A stretch of DNA of 64,000 bases from Phoronis australis (Eukaryota; Animalia; Phoronida): contig NMRA01000297.1 in the NCBI GenBank assembly GCA_002633005.1, positions 170,737 through 234,736 on the forward strand. The letters run 5' to 3'. Position 1 is the first letter of the stretch; each line of letters starts with the position of its first letter. The position numbers and the translations under genes were made by a program. Below, piece after piece: positions 40,087 to 52,771 of this stretch. The notes under the pieces are model-generated. The model ran no database searches, was not told the origin of the DNA, and saw only the letters and a program-made list of their open reading frames with translations.

Positions 40087-41079
40087 ACAACAAGCCGTAG
40101 CACATGGCAACAAGGTTTTGCGGCGATGATGCAAATAAGTTCATACATATATGGCATAAATTTCGGTCTGGTTGGGACATTCCCAAATGAAAGGAATTCT
40201 CGATAGGATATGGCAGTAGTTTTCCTATGTATGTGAGATAACCTATATGTAGTCCCAGTCATGGCGACCTTCATTAGATTTTTGAAATTATGCTGCTGGT
40301 GATTGTGGCTAAAGGTTATGGTATACCTTTGTAAGTGTCATTGTGTTTGATATATGGCACTATGTTGCATCCCTTATATGCAATTTTTAAGGAACTACTG
40401 GCATGTTTCTTTATTATTGTCAACCATTTTGGAATTTTCAAAAGTGTGTTACTGGATTCGTCAATCCAGACAAAGGGTTTTGCTTTTAGCAATTCTTTTA
40501 TGAATTTATTCGTAGCATTAGTTGTACACAGTTAATAACTTGTTGAAATGCTATTTCCATGTGTTTGCACAAGAGTTGCCCAGGCAACCATTTTTGGGTT
40601 GTCCAAATTGTTCCATTTCAAATTGTTATGAGATATCGTTGATAAACCAAACAAGCAGTTTAAATTCTTCAAAATTTCGAGAGTAAGTGGAATGCGCAGC
40701 CTTAACTACTGTTGTAATTCCAAACTACGTGGTTACCATGGAAGTAATTTAAATTGTCAGGTTTGTGCGGAGGGAAACTATAAATGGTCTGAACATGCTT
40801 CACGTTTTTTATCACGACAGCCATCAAGACTGAAATTGATGTTCCTGATCGTCAAAATATCTGGTTACAATGTTACCAACACCCAAATTAGCTTTGTTAC
40901 ACCCCAAAGTTTCAACTGAGGACCACTCTAAATAACCTAGACATGGTTGCCTGATTGTAACAAGACGTTTCCTTCAAAATCGAAATTCCTTTTTTAGTTG
41001 CCAAAGTAATTGGTTACCAAGGCAACCGTACATGTTTCAACTTGTCTACCCTTCTAAACGTCAAGGGAGGGTCAAAAAA
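40087..41079 (-). mobile_element. Probable HINE-like element with recurrent GGTTRCCATGG/GGCAACC motifs
   Basis: Minus strand starts TTTTTGACCCTCCC..AAGGGT (short hairpin), carries repeated ggttgcc/ggttacc/ggcaacc motifs, and ends CTTGTT. Confidence 0.35.
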
Positions 41080-41877
41080 GTATTAAATGCATGGTTGCTC
41101 TTTTCTATCATTACTTTGCCATCATTGATTTTGGGCCGACGGACTATGAACGTCAACACCACTCATCATCTGGTTAATTAGTAGGCTCATTGGAAAGGCT
41201 TGATAATGAAGAACACCACGTGTTATCTCTTCATTGGACTCGGGTACTACAGCACGCGCACCTTTATCGGGGACGAGACTAGTCGGCCAGTCAGTCAACC
41301 AGCAAGAGTTGAAGGTGACATGTATGGAAATATCCGAGAACAAAGGTTTCTTTTATTTTGCATTCACGTGTTGTAACATGGAGTTAATGGAAATAATACA
41401 CAACGCAAATTTGCTGCATAGGAATGCATGTATAATTACATTATCTTTGGACTTAAGTAAAAATACACTTTGATTAAGACGAATAAAGTTAGCGACTGTT
41501 TGTTGGTCACATTTGTGAATACAATTAGTAAGAATAATTTTCTATAATGAACAGATCTTTAAAACGGATACATTTTGCGATTTGACATATATGTACAGTC
41601 ACAGAAATCTTAAACGAATTGTAATTCCTTGTGAATACATGTAACACTCAAATAATAGATTCTATATTCAGATGCACAACAAGGAATCAGTCAATAAAAG
41701 CTGAATTTAACAAAGTTACAAATCATGCATGAAATCTGGCCTGGTGTACATGTATTGTTGACGTCTCACAAGTTAAAGGTGGCGGGTTCAAATTTCACAA
41801 AACCCCCATTAGACCATTCAGTAACTACCATGTTGTTAATTAGCTCTTGGCTAACAATAAATCTCCCACAAATTATG

Positions 41878-41883
41878 TTTATT
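41878..41883 (-). terminator. Candidate polyadenylation signal of CYP26
   Basis: AATAAA on the minus strand about 95 nt after the stop codon. Another lies at 41352-41357. Confidence 0.35.
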
Positions 41884-41975
41884 AGTAATACACAAAAGGA
41901 CAAGAAAACGCAATATATATGTATAAATATATATACCACCGGGGGAAATTTCCTTAAATGCAGGGAAATAACAAT

Positions 41976-42332
41976 TCATAAAGTGAACGCCCTCTGGCGA
42001 AGAGGAGGAGCCTCACTGAACTCCACAGGAAGATTGTCGACCGGATATGGTACGGGCAAATGTTTTATTCTGGTATTATTGGTCAATAATCTCCACGTGC
42101 AATTGCGAACGAGTTCAACACCAAGCGTTGCCAGCGTTAACGTGGTGAATTTTTCGCCAATACACGAACGATTGCCGCTTCCAAATGGCAAGTAGTGGTA
42201 TTCGTCTATTTTCGTAGGATCGTTCATCCAGCGACCAGGATCAAACTTATCCGCGTTCCTAAAGATAGTCGTGGTTTCATGAATGTCCCGAATACTGTAT
42301 GCCACGGTCCAACCTTTGGGGATTTGAAAACC
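41976..42332 (-). CDS. CYP26: CYP26 coding exon 5 (357 nt incl. TGA; heme-binding motif)
   Basis: Acceptor ctttctgttgtag|GGT TTT. Reads GFQIPKGWTVAYSIRDIH, meander FDPGRW, heme motif PFGSGNRSCIG, and PVPYPVDNLP. The five exons total 1452 nt = 483 aa + stop with no frameshift. Confidence 0.94.
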   Translation of the reverse strand, partial: GFQIPKGWTVAYSIRDIHETTTIFRNADKFDPGRWMNDPTKIDEYHYLPFGSGNRSCIGEKFTTLTLATLGVELVRNCTWRLLTNNTRIKHLPVPYPVDNLPVEFSEAPPLRQRAFTL

Positions 42333-42985
42333 CTACAACAGAAAGTCCAGGTTGCAAATTATGTCTGACATTTTCCACGCAATGGTAAGTATAAAAGCTG
42401 GTTTAATTAGAACACATAAAATACATGTATTAGTAAGATACGTATGATGTGCTTTTAACCGTTTTCACATTGAGAACTGTGGTTTAAACATCTTTAGGAC
42501 CAAGTAGCCTTACGCATCCTTGACATGAAGTCAACACAACTGGTCACTGGCATGGCAACGACCTGTTTGCTGCTTTGTGAAAGCATAGTATTTACTGCTT
42601 CGTTTTCCTCAAACGTTTAAAAACTCGCTTATCTAACAACGATATTTTGGTACACATTGGCTTACTTATAATCTCTCCATGTTTAGCTGCAAGATGTGTA
42701 ATGCAAAAATAGCCAATCACATTATCCGTTTAGTTTTTGAAAGTTAGTTCCCATAACTAAATTTCAATTGATTTTAGTTCGTTCAATACTTAAGTCTTTA
42801 GAATTCGAAACTCGGTGATGCGATTGGAAGATGGTGGTAAAAACATGCAACTGTCTGGTTGAGCGCGGCAAATGTGTGATGTGAGAATCGAATTCTGTGT
42901 TTCAAAGTCAAATTACTCCAGTACAAAGAAAAAACATTTGACACTATTGATCTCCCAAACAAGTGACAGTGTGACAGATATTTAC

Positions 42986-43402
42986 CTCAAGTTCAAAAGA
43001 TCTGATTACTTTTCTGTAACCAGCACCAACAGGCGGAGTAACACGAAGAACTTCTTTCACAACGTGATTGACATACTCCAGTTTACTCAATTTTTCGTAG
43101 CTCAGGTCACCGGCTTCATGATTGCTTGTCAATTCGTGCTCGAAGAGTTCCGCAGAAATTCTCTCAACCACTTCCGGATTTTGAGCGAGATTTAAAATCA
43201 TAGAGCAAGCAGCAGAAGACATTTTCTCATGGCCCGCAAACAGCATTTCTAGAGCGTCATCTTTAAGCTCGTCCAAGCTCAGCTTCTGGCTTTCTTCCTC
43301 TGAGAACAGTGTTGTCATGGCGTCGCTAGAGTCATCTTTGTTCAAATTGTGTTTAAGCCTTTCTTCTATTTTGGCGAGCAGAACATTTCTGGCTTTCATT
43401 CC
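42986..43402 (-). CDS. CYP26: CYP26 coding exon 4 (417 nt; helix I and K-helix ExxR)
   Basis: Acceptor tttattttgaag|GGA ATG AAA GCC AGA (GMKARN). Helix I reads LEMLFAGHEKMSSA, followed by KEVLRVTPPVGAGYR. Donor GAG|GTAAAT, phase 0. Confidence 0.93.
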
Positions 43403-43902
43403 CTTCAAAATAAATAGTTAATACCTATAAAGCTTAATAACTATTTAACGTTACAATTTTGTTAGTAATGTATTCAATAACTTCTCATTTTCAATTTATA
43501 CCGGTTTCTTTGGACCTCTCCACACGTTTACGTTTCTACTCTCCGTCCCAAAACTAGATGAGATCACAGATACGTTTCACACCCTTTTAAGATGATTTCT
43601 TTTCATGGGAGGTTCACAAATTATGTCATCAAAAATTTGCCATAACCCCTCATCATGATATAGCCTCCCGGTCCATCTTCTAATTACGTCATGACAGCCC
43701 AACCCCCTCCTGTTTTTGGAAGAACCGACTATTCGGTGGAGATAACGTCTTTACGATGATTTACTAATGTCGGTTTATAATCGTAAGTTGCCATTGCCGC
43801 TGTTGTATTAAAAATGAAATAAAGTACGCCATTTCAACTAACCGAACTTACTTCAGGGAAGTGCGTACAGGGCAGGGAAAACAAAATGCTTTTAAGGGTA
43901 GC

Positions 43903-44400
43903 CTTTTTATGCACCCGCATAAGGCCGTCATCGCTGTCCGTTGTTGTATCTTGCCTTGCAGGATCTTAATGAGATTTGGCAAATATTTATCTATAAAGCC
44001 GACAAAGCCGAATTTCGGCCAATCCGACTAACGCTCTCCTCATAGCAGCAATTTTATTTTTTGTTTGCCTATGCATCTTTTGACTTCCTTGATGTTTGTA
44101 TTAAGGAGGCGAAAACGCCTTCTAATTTTCAGACGGACTTTTAAGATATATTTGCGCCACCTGGTGATTATGCTTTTGTCCTTAGCCTCTCTATCTGCTA
44201 AACAATTTAAAGGATCATTATGACCATTGGCATATTTGGTCCTGATGAGAACACCGCAACTGACGTTGACTTTCGGACGGGTGTTCTGCTCTGGCGCTCC
44301 CTGGTGGGAATTTTGTTTTTAAGTCCATAGCTGTACCTCCTTACTGAAAACTGTGTCGGCCTTTGGTGGTGATTCTGTATTTTTAGCGGCCATGGCTATA
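43903..44400 (+). mobile_element. Degenerate DINE-1/HINE-like element related to 51440-52010
   Basis: TTTTTATGCACCCGCATAAGGCCGTCATCGCTGTCCGTTG resembles the 5' end of the intron-1 element. The right boundary is approximate. Confidence 0.4.
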
Positions 44401-44450
44401 GGTCTACATTTGTAACAATGGCTGCCCACGACTTTTTGGACGGCTCTGAC

Positions 44451-44600
44451 CATGCGCACACCCAGCCTTTGAATATGGGGGGCTCGAATTTCTAGAGATG
44501 TGGATCTTTTGCTGACAAAAAAACGACAAGACTAAAAAAGGGGTTTAGTGGACTTTTGTCTCGTTTTCTCGGACCTTTTGTTTCTCTGAGGCGCGTCCAA
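44451..44600 (+). mobile_element. MITE family A, truncated copy in CYP26 intron 3
   Basis: CATGCGCACACCCAGCCTTTGAATATGGGGGGCTCGAATTTC ... tctcgttttctcggac..ctgaggcg. Confidence 0.65.
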
Positions 44601-45875
44601 GTTTGGGAATTAATTAATTCTGCAAGGTGAACCAACAATGTGTACTGCGATGGCCATATTCTAATAAACCACATGACGACGTCACCATGAGTCTAACCCC
44701 CTCCACCCTGTCATAAATCGTCATCTTTTCCAAACCCCTCCTCCCTCGAGTTATGACGTAATATGTGACCGCTCCCTTATTGCAACACAAGTATAAAAAA
44801 TACAATAGTGGTGCAGAGAATTAACCCAGAAAACCTATCATTATATTCAAGGCTTAGAACTCAAACGTAGGTTTAAACAACATACAAAAGACGAATGTAA
44901 TGTCAGTAACACTAAACACGAACATACAGCTGTGTAAAACTGGTAAAATAAGTAATCAAAACGTAAAGTTTTGGGCTTTGTTAGTGCACCCGCTTAGCGT
45001 GTATTCCGCGCTAATACTAATTTCTGAAAAAGTACATTTCTCAGGGAGAATGCACAATTAAACAAAAGCAACGAAAATGTGCTCACGACTGCATTGCAAA
45101 TTGTATGGCATCCCCTTGAGAAAGCAAATGTCAAGTTTCTAAGGGTTTTCATTTGCACTGTATGACATAACTGGACTAATTAGCCACTGCGATGTCAAAT
45201 GTGAAAGTCGACTGATGGTGACACTTCCCAGCCACGTTTCCCTTTGTCAATGTCTATCTAAAAGTGTGCCAAGCCATTTTACAATAATCAACAGACAAGC
45301 AATATTTTGTCGAAAGCTAAGGGACTAAAGGAATGCTATGATAGTCCAATCTGTCTCGTAATCAATTGGTGTCGACGCAACCCAATCACAAACTTTGCTT
45401 CCGTGTCAAATTTGTCAAAATCCGTCAAGTCGTTTTGACAAGGAAAATCTAGAATTACTAATAGGGGTCGCTAGGGTGGTCGACGGGTCTTATTGGTGCC
45501 GAGGAATTTACACGTGAGGTTTCAGAGAAATACGTGAAGTCGTTTCGCCAAAAAAATGACAGACAAGAAATTTCTGATCTAAAAATACACCAATTAACAA
45601 GGGGTGTCACGATAGACGAGTGCGCCCGAATTGAAATACGAGAGGTGCCGGTGCATCCATGACAAATAAGTTATTTTATGTATCAAATTTCATAATGATC
45701 GGACGAAATGTTGATTATATGCGACCACAAATAATGTTGTGGTGGTAAAAAATTATGTTATTTATAAAGAAATAAAACTAACTTTTACCAAGACATGTAT
45801 GCAGCAAAAGCTGCAGGTTATGCTTGAAAGTAAACAAGACGAGCAAGCAAACAACAGTCTACAGTTTATACTCAC

Positions 45876-46174
45876 TTTGTTCAGACCGAAGCCAGGAATG
45901 TTAAACGGTAAAGAAAACATGTTCTTTCCAACATCATCGAAGATTTTGATCATTTGTATTTTTTCTTTTTCCGTGAAGTCAAAACCAAGTAAAACTTTGG
46001 CAGAAATACTAAAGGCCAGATTTCTGCATTCTGGGTAGCCCAGAACAAAGCCCTGTCGGCACCAGTTGTGAATGTAGTCTTTGAGGACAGACTGTAACGC
46101 AGGCATGTAACCAGCCAGAGCTTCAGGCGAAAATGCTTTCATAACAGAGGCTCTGCGCCATCTATGAGTCGCGC
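45876..46174 (-). CDS. CYP26: CYP26 coding exon 3 (299 nt)
   Basis: Acceptor ctgtttcag|GC completes the split Gly. Reads ATHRWRRASVMKAFSPEAL..YPECRNLAFSISAKVLLGF..NMFSLPFNIPGFGLNK. Donor AAA|GTGAG, phase 0. Confidence 0.92.
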
Positions 46175-46227
46175 CTGAAACAGATTAATCGAATTGAAAC
46201 GTTTAAAAGCATTAGTCCAAAAGAAAA

Positions 46228-46314
46228 ATGATTAAACCTGGGTAGAAACAAAATAATGATTAGGACTGGGTAGAAACAAAATAATGATTAAGACTGGGTA
46301 GAAACAAAATAATG
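46228..46314. repeat. 28-bp tandem repeat x3 near the CYP26 exon 3 acceptor
   Basis: ATGATTAARMCTGGGTAGAAACAAAATA x3. Confidence 0.9.
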
Positions 46315-48446
46315 CTCTGTTAATCCTCTCATCAACCCAAATTCAAAGTTTGTTTTAAAAGCTCCTAACGTACAGCGAGCCTGATAGTGACCATTAAGTG
46401 GTGCGCAATGGCACGTAAACATTGTTGGCAATCATGACCAAAGGTGTGTCATCGATTTCACTGACGAAAGCACGTTTTTGGGATTATTATTGTGTGGGGT
46501 TAACTTTTTGAAATTGTTAGTTTTTGACCAGAGCAAAAATAACAACAAACGTAAAGTTTCGTGATTTTCTTACAAATCGCCAATTTTCCCCATTATAAGG
46601 AATATCTGCCAGGCATTCGCTGAAATCCAGGTTGGTAAATTTACCAGTTATAAGCACTAAAAATACATCGTCGACTGGGATACAGCTCCGCCAGCAGAAC
46701 GTTAAATCATTTTCTCGCCAATGACGCCCCTTTAAAATTTTCGGGAATGACAGTTTAGCCCCCCCCCCAACACTGACAGCTGGTTAGAATACCCAGGACA
46801 GTAACATTTAGTTCAGTGAGGTACACGCACTGGCACGTAACTCCGTAGCAGTGGTTATACCTCTCGGAAATATGAGTGAAATGTCTGTGTACCGTGCGGA
46901 GCTGCATGTCATGTCGTGAGCCACCATGACATTTGCAAGATTAGTGACACGTATTGGCAGGTAAATCAACGTGGCAATGTTTACAGCACACGTGAACGAA
47001 AGTGAAATATCTCCAAACTGTGAACAAGTGCGTGCTATGTCGTAGAGATAATTTTGAAATGTGTAAAGATTGGACTCGCATTGACTTGCGAAAATTTAAC
47101 GTGAACCACTCGAGAATAAGTCGTCGAGTCCACCTGAGTACTGCGAATGCTTGTCACGGCGCGTCATGAAATAATGTTCTCGTAGAACTGTAAGGTCCTT
47201 ATTGTGTGAAGTGAACCATTTCCCGTACTCGCGACATCTTCACGGCAATCAATAGTGTTTGAACAAGTCTAACAAGTAATTTTCGAGACGGTTTGACTGG
47301 TGAAATCGAAATCCTTGTATTAATAAAGAAGTTAGTTCATTTTTACCCAACGAAATACATAGAAATTAGAAAAAAAATAGACGCGTTAGGTTCTCTGGTA
47401 CTTGGCAATGAATAGTTTTAGCAATTCTTATAGATAATTGCCGTGCGAGTCGGGATCATGCTGGATAAAAGTGCAACGGGAATGCTTACATTGGATTGAT
47501 ACATGTACATGTATCTCGCCTTGCCACGATGTAGAAATCGCTGTCTTCTGGAGTTGAAACCAAACCTAGGCTTTTTGTAATGCCGGACATTTCTGGAGTT
47601 GTCACCGTCTGTCATTGCGGCCCATATTTTTTCTGGTGAACAGTGCGCAAAGACAGCACCAACAGGAATCCGCTGAACTGATACGTTTCGGCACGCCAAA
47701 TTGTTTGCCAGTGCCCGCTAAAACGTCGCACAAGTATGAAGGTGATTCACAGAGAATTTTGAAATGTTTACATGGCGGCAATTATCTTTTCGGTAAGGTG
47801 ACAGATGATTTTAGATAGATGCCACCCACTTACTCGCTTTTATGACAAACTCAACTTCTGACGTCTTCAAATACTTCTAAAAGGAAATGATTTCTATAGA
47901 TCGTGTGTAACTACGACTGCTAGCGATGCTGGCCACAAGGCCTGACGGCTTACGCTATCCGTAAAAAAGAATCAACAATCGCATCCTGAGTCTGGTGAAG
48001 GCGTGTACAGTACGCACGTTATCGTGCAACGGCATTTGTGTTGCGAACAGTACGTAAAGAATGCATGAAACGTGCACCAAGTCAGCGCAGAACAGGAATA
48101 CGCTGAAGCCAATTGACGAGCCAGTGCGTGCCGTAAAATTGTGCTAGTGTCGGGTAGCTTACATGTATGTCTGTGTACTTTTACAGGAGTACGCCACCAT
48201 GCCGTAGAGAGAATTTTTAAACGTCTAAGCATTTGGCAGGCATTGGTATGCGGGAATCAAACGTGAATTCCACGTGAAGAAGTCATGAAGTACACGAGAG
48301 AACTGCGTACAATGTGTGGGAAGAATGTGTCATATGCATGACACAATTGTGACATCGACCAATTACGCGAAAATACCGTGTCTCTGTTGTTCAAACCATG
48401 TTACTAACGTTTGACCGACTGATGGTGGTTGGGAAATACTTTTTAT

Positions 48447-49238
48447 CACAGGCGCTTGGGTTTATCGCAAATTACGTCACTCAATAATATATATAAGAAA
48501 ACATAAAGGTTGGACACTCGAAATCTGTTTGCTCAGAATTTTCTACTCAAATGTGCATGGAACTCCACGAAACTAGCATCGGACAACTCTTAGAATACCT
48601 TCTTTCATTTGATCTCTTCAAATTGCCTTCGAGTGGTGATTTGGCGACAAAAATGNNNNNNNNNNNNNNNNNNNNNNNNNNNNNNNNNNNNNNNNNNNNN
48701 NNNNNNNNNNNNNNNNNNNNNNNNNNNNNNNNNNNNNNNNNNNNNNNNNNNNNNNNNNNNNNNNNNNNNNNNNNNNNNNNNNNNNNNNNNNNNNNNNNNN
48801 NNNNNNNNNNNNNNNNNNNNNNNNNNNNNNNNNNNNNNNNNNNNNNNNNNNNNNNNNNNNNNNNNNNNNNNNNNNNNNNNNNNNNNNNNNNNNNNNNNNN
48901 NNNNNNACAGACATGACTCGTCCGTCATGCTGGGCCATCTATTGTTCTTTATTGTAGTTGATTGTCTGCTCTCTATTTGATTTCTTCGCTAGTCACATGA
49001 ATGTTATCGTGTTATCGTGTTATTCATAATTAACGCCTTGATCGTCTTGATTGTCGTCGTCTCCCTCATCGTCGTCTTTTCGATTAGTTCCGCCAAGTGT
49101 CGCTCCTCCGAGCGCTCTCGTTTGGATTTTGGACGGTTGAAGTTGGGAGCCTCGGCTTTGCAAAGTTTAAGTGTCCAACCTTTATGTTTTCTTATATATA
49201 TATTGTGACATCATTTGCGATAAACCCAAGCGCCTGTG
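48447..49238. mobile_element. TIR element (P- or hAT-like, CACAGG termini) with perfect 8-bp TSD spanning the assembly gap, CYP26 intron 2
   Basis: About 70-bp TIRs CACAGGCGCTTGGGTTTATCGCAAAT..AAGAAAACATAAAGGTTGGACACT. TSD CTTTTTAT at 48439-46 and 49239-46. Confidence 0.8.
48656..48906. other. Assembly gap (251 N)
   Basis: Run of N. Confidence 0.99.
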
Positions 49239-49577
49239 CTTTTTATAAAGTGGTTTTCTGAGATTAGCTCCGACGAGTTGTAGAACGTCGGTGGAACTTA
49301 TAGCAGCCTCGTTCCCTGGCATCAAATGGCTAAACTGATCAGCGCCATCTTGAGACTGAACTTTCAGTCACACGCTCAGCTAACGAAGCAAAATGTCATT
49401 CGATAAACGGAAGAGTGCACCTTGATGTCCGTGAATGTCTGGCAGACAACGGCGAAAATTAGCCATTTGTAACAAAATTATTTTGTTGTTTTATAGCTCT
49501 GGTTGAAGCCTATCCCATCTTACAATAATTCCGAAGATGCCATGCAAACAGCGTCTAACTTCCTACTCCAGCCTTAC

Positions 49578-49776
49578 CAGTAGACTGCGCTAGAGCGCCC
49601 TCTCCCATCAGCATCCGGGTACTCTTGGGCCAATTCATGGTCACCAAGACATCTTCGCCAAGTAAAATTTTTCGCACGTTTTGAGCACCGTTCACTCTAA
49701 TCGTGGGTCTTCCCAAAATGTGACTTTTGTACACGTTGCCGAACTGTCGCCGACGTTTTCGGTAGAAGTCGTAACC
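49578..49776 (-). CDS. CYP26: CYP26 coding exon 2 (199 nt)
   Basis: Acceptor ctttattgccag|GGT TAC. Translates GYDFYRKRRRQFGNVYKSHILGRPTIRVNGAQNVRKILLGE..WPKSTRMLMG, matching the CYP26 pattern YKTHLxGRPTVRVxGAxNVRxILxGE. Donor ACT G|GTAAG, phase 1. Confidence 0.93.
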
Positions 49777-51439
49777 CTGGCAATAAAGAAAAGACACGCT
49801 TAATGGCTACGTATTTCAGTTACAATATGATCAGTGGATAGTCTACGGGCATGAAGTTCAACCTGCCCTAAAATGCACTTGAAGCTCCCTTCCGCTTTAT
49901 TTCTCATCACACGCGAAAACAAGGAATGTGCAGAACGAGCGCGTCAAATTCCATATAATTTTGCCAAGATGGTAGCGCCGGTTACAACATTTCAGTAGCA
50001 AGCAATCAGGATTTTCAAAGGCCCATTAATGGCCTGCCTCGGTTTTGATTGGGTTTGAATGATCCACGTGACAACACGATGGTACGATAAATTTGAGACC
50101 GTCTGTATATCGGTAACGCGTGGTTTACACTGGCAAATATTTTGCAAATAAACGTTAGGTTGAGTTTGTCGGTGTACACCGGCGGACTTAACTGGACTAG
50201 GTTGGATTCTGGTTTTTAGGCTATTTCTTGGTTTTGATTTCACTCGTTTTACAGAAACGAATAAAGATACGCTACCTGACGTTTTAGTCTCCTAGTCAAC
50301 TTGACCTTCTTAAAACTTTGAAAAGCAGCAAAAGTGCATTTCACACATTTATTCACAGTATTGTATGGAAATACGGAAAGCAGCAGCCAGAGTATCGTGT
50401 GAATTATCAGAATTTTTGTCCTACTCTATTTTTGTTCTGATGGTTTTTGACGATGATAGTTTCGTCTGTGACTTCGAATAGGGACTATCGATAACTTTTA
50501 GCTACCGTAAACGCAAACATTTTCGTCAGACATTACTAGTTTCGTGTTTTTGATTGAATTGTGCATCTCAGAAAAATGTTCACAAAACTTGACTTCCAAT
50601 TGAGCACCTAGTATCTTTGAAACACTATTCGCGAGGATCAATATTCACGGTGTTTGTTTGTAACTTCTCAACACCAAAAATACTCGTTTAAAAACTACAG
50701 AAAACTTGGTGCGTAAGGGCAACCTGGAATTACATGCACAACTGCAAGCAACGTTGTCTGAACGACTGACGAGCTGTAATTGTGTTAACCACGCTGCTCA
50801 GTCTTGACAATGCAAACTTCGTTCTTCAATCTTCATGGTATGGTTTCCGAAGCTTCCTTTATATGTATTGTCCGATTATCCGTTAAGGTACAGCCTGGAG
50901 CCACGCGAAAAATTCCGGCCCCTCTCGTACCAACGGGGATTATTCACGTGGTCAAGGGAGGAAGACAATCCATTATACTAAAAAGTATGCAGCTAAGGGC
51001 CTCGCGATCGCACGAAATTGGGGCCTGTCACGTTTGCCCCCTTAAAAATCGTCATGACTGCCACCAGTGTAAGTGAAAATTGGGGCCCCGTTTGGTAGCC
51101 GCAGGGGTCCTTCAAAAGTTGCGACTAAGTCACCTGCTGATGATCACACCTGATAATCATGCAAACAGGCGAGCTGAAATTTGTCGGCACAAGGCCATTA
51201 AAGTGGATGAGGGTGTTCAAAATAACATGGACTGCCTTAGGAACACATGGATAACGTTACTGCAATGTATGGAGAGCTAAATTTTCGCGAGTTAAGGTAC
51301 TTTGTTCACTTCGTAACGCACTGTAGATCCACAAGTGTCGCGAAAACGTTAAGACCTCGCAAGCTTTTGCAAGATATCGCAATGCATTGTAAGCAAAGCA
51401 AACTCATGATCATACTAATTTTGCTCTCGAATTAAGCAA

Positions 51440-52010
51440 AGATCCTGCAAACGGTTTAATAGATACAGTCATGAGCGCAAAAACAACAAAATTGTCACTA
51501 GGAGGTGCCAAAGTAGTCGAACTCGTCGGAAAATCGTCGTCAGCCGTCCACTTTATAGTAAGAACACACATGCCAATTTTCACAACCATCCTTTGAGCGG
51601 TTTGGTTGATAGATGGGTGGACGCAAAAAAAACAGACTCGAAAACAGTAAAAATGGTCATTAGATGAAGCAAACTAAGTCAAATCCATCTGAAAACGGGA
51701 GGATAGCGTCATCTCTTTAATAGGTGCCTATGTACCAAATTTTATGAAATTGCGTTCAGGAGTTTTGAAGATACAAAGGTAAACGTAAAAAAAACTAAAA
51801 TTGCCACTAGGGGGCACACCGGTAGTCGGATCCGTCTGTAAGCTCGCTCATACCGTCCCATCCACGGAAGGAACACATTATATGCAAAATTTCACGAACA
51901 TACGTTAAGGCGTTTTAGAGATAGAGCAACGGACGCCGGACGGACGGACGCCGGACGGACGGAGATGACGGCATAATGCGTCCACATATAAATATGTGGG
52001 CGCATAAAAA
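51440..52010 (-). mobile_element. DINE-1/HINE-like element in CYP26 intron 1
   Basis: Minus strand starts TTTTTATGCGCCCACATATTTATATGTGGACGCAT (hairpin), then a (GTCC)n microsatellite. Internal duplicated aaaattg.cactagg.gg segment. The left boundary is approximate. Confidence 0.65.
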
Positions 52011-52771
52011 CAAGACTATTGGCGGAGACTTTGGGTACAGCTGAACAGGTTAAGTAGAACAATTCTCAAAGAGCTTTACTCAAGCACTTAAACGGAGCTG
52101 AAGGTTCGCGAGCTCGTCTGGTGGGTTGTTTGAATGATTAAAAAAACGTAGAATGTGCGAGAAACTCATTTCATTTCCTGAAACATAAAATAATTGTCTG
52201 CACGTCAGTGTTGCCGTTTTGTACCAGAAGAATTAGCCGCTGAAACTTCAACATTCTAATGATCATGGAGAATTTTGACTCTCACCAGCTTGTTCGATCT
52301 GACGGAAAAACAAACGAAATTCAACTTTTTAAAACTTAGAGCATTTTATAGTTGCTCAACACATATCGAAATACATTGCGCAAAATCAATTTTCGTGAAA
52401 ATGGTGCTCCCATCATGATGTTTGATGTTATCATAGTGACTCTTGGCATGTATTACGGTTTATGAAATCGTGTCCCGAATGAAAGAACTCCGTAAACAAC
52501 TAAACAATTACAGTATTGACACTCACTGGAAGAATAGGCAATGATTTTGTTATAACGAAGCTTTATAACGAAGCTTTTCCTCACGCCGAATGTCAGTCGA
52601 GCTTTATTCACATTTAAGACCGAATCATCAGGTGAGTCAGATAGTTAAGATGACTGTTGTATCACTTTGATTTCGTATGAACACACTTGAACAGGCTAAC
52701 AGTCATCACAACATTTCGCGTGTTACTAATCAGGCCGGGTGTTACTAATCAAAGAATTCTACTTCACGTTC

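Larger units (their letters stand above)
43607..44776. mobile_element. PIF/Harbinger-like MITE ends in CYP26 intron 3 (hosting nested elements)
   Basis: GGGAG-GTTCACAAATTATGTCAT at the left end is the inverted counterpart of ATGACGTAATATGTGACCGCTCCC|TTA at the right end. Confidence 0.45.

Noticed and set aside
41725-46038. Plus-strand ORFs overlapping CYP26 exons (41725-42195, 42872-43195, 45739-46038)
   Set aside because: Antisense shadows of real exons, with no recognisable motifs.
48551-48980. ORFs containing X runs
   Set aside because: Artefacts of the N gap.
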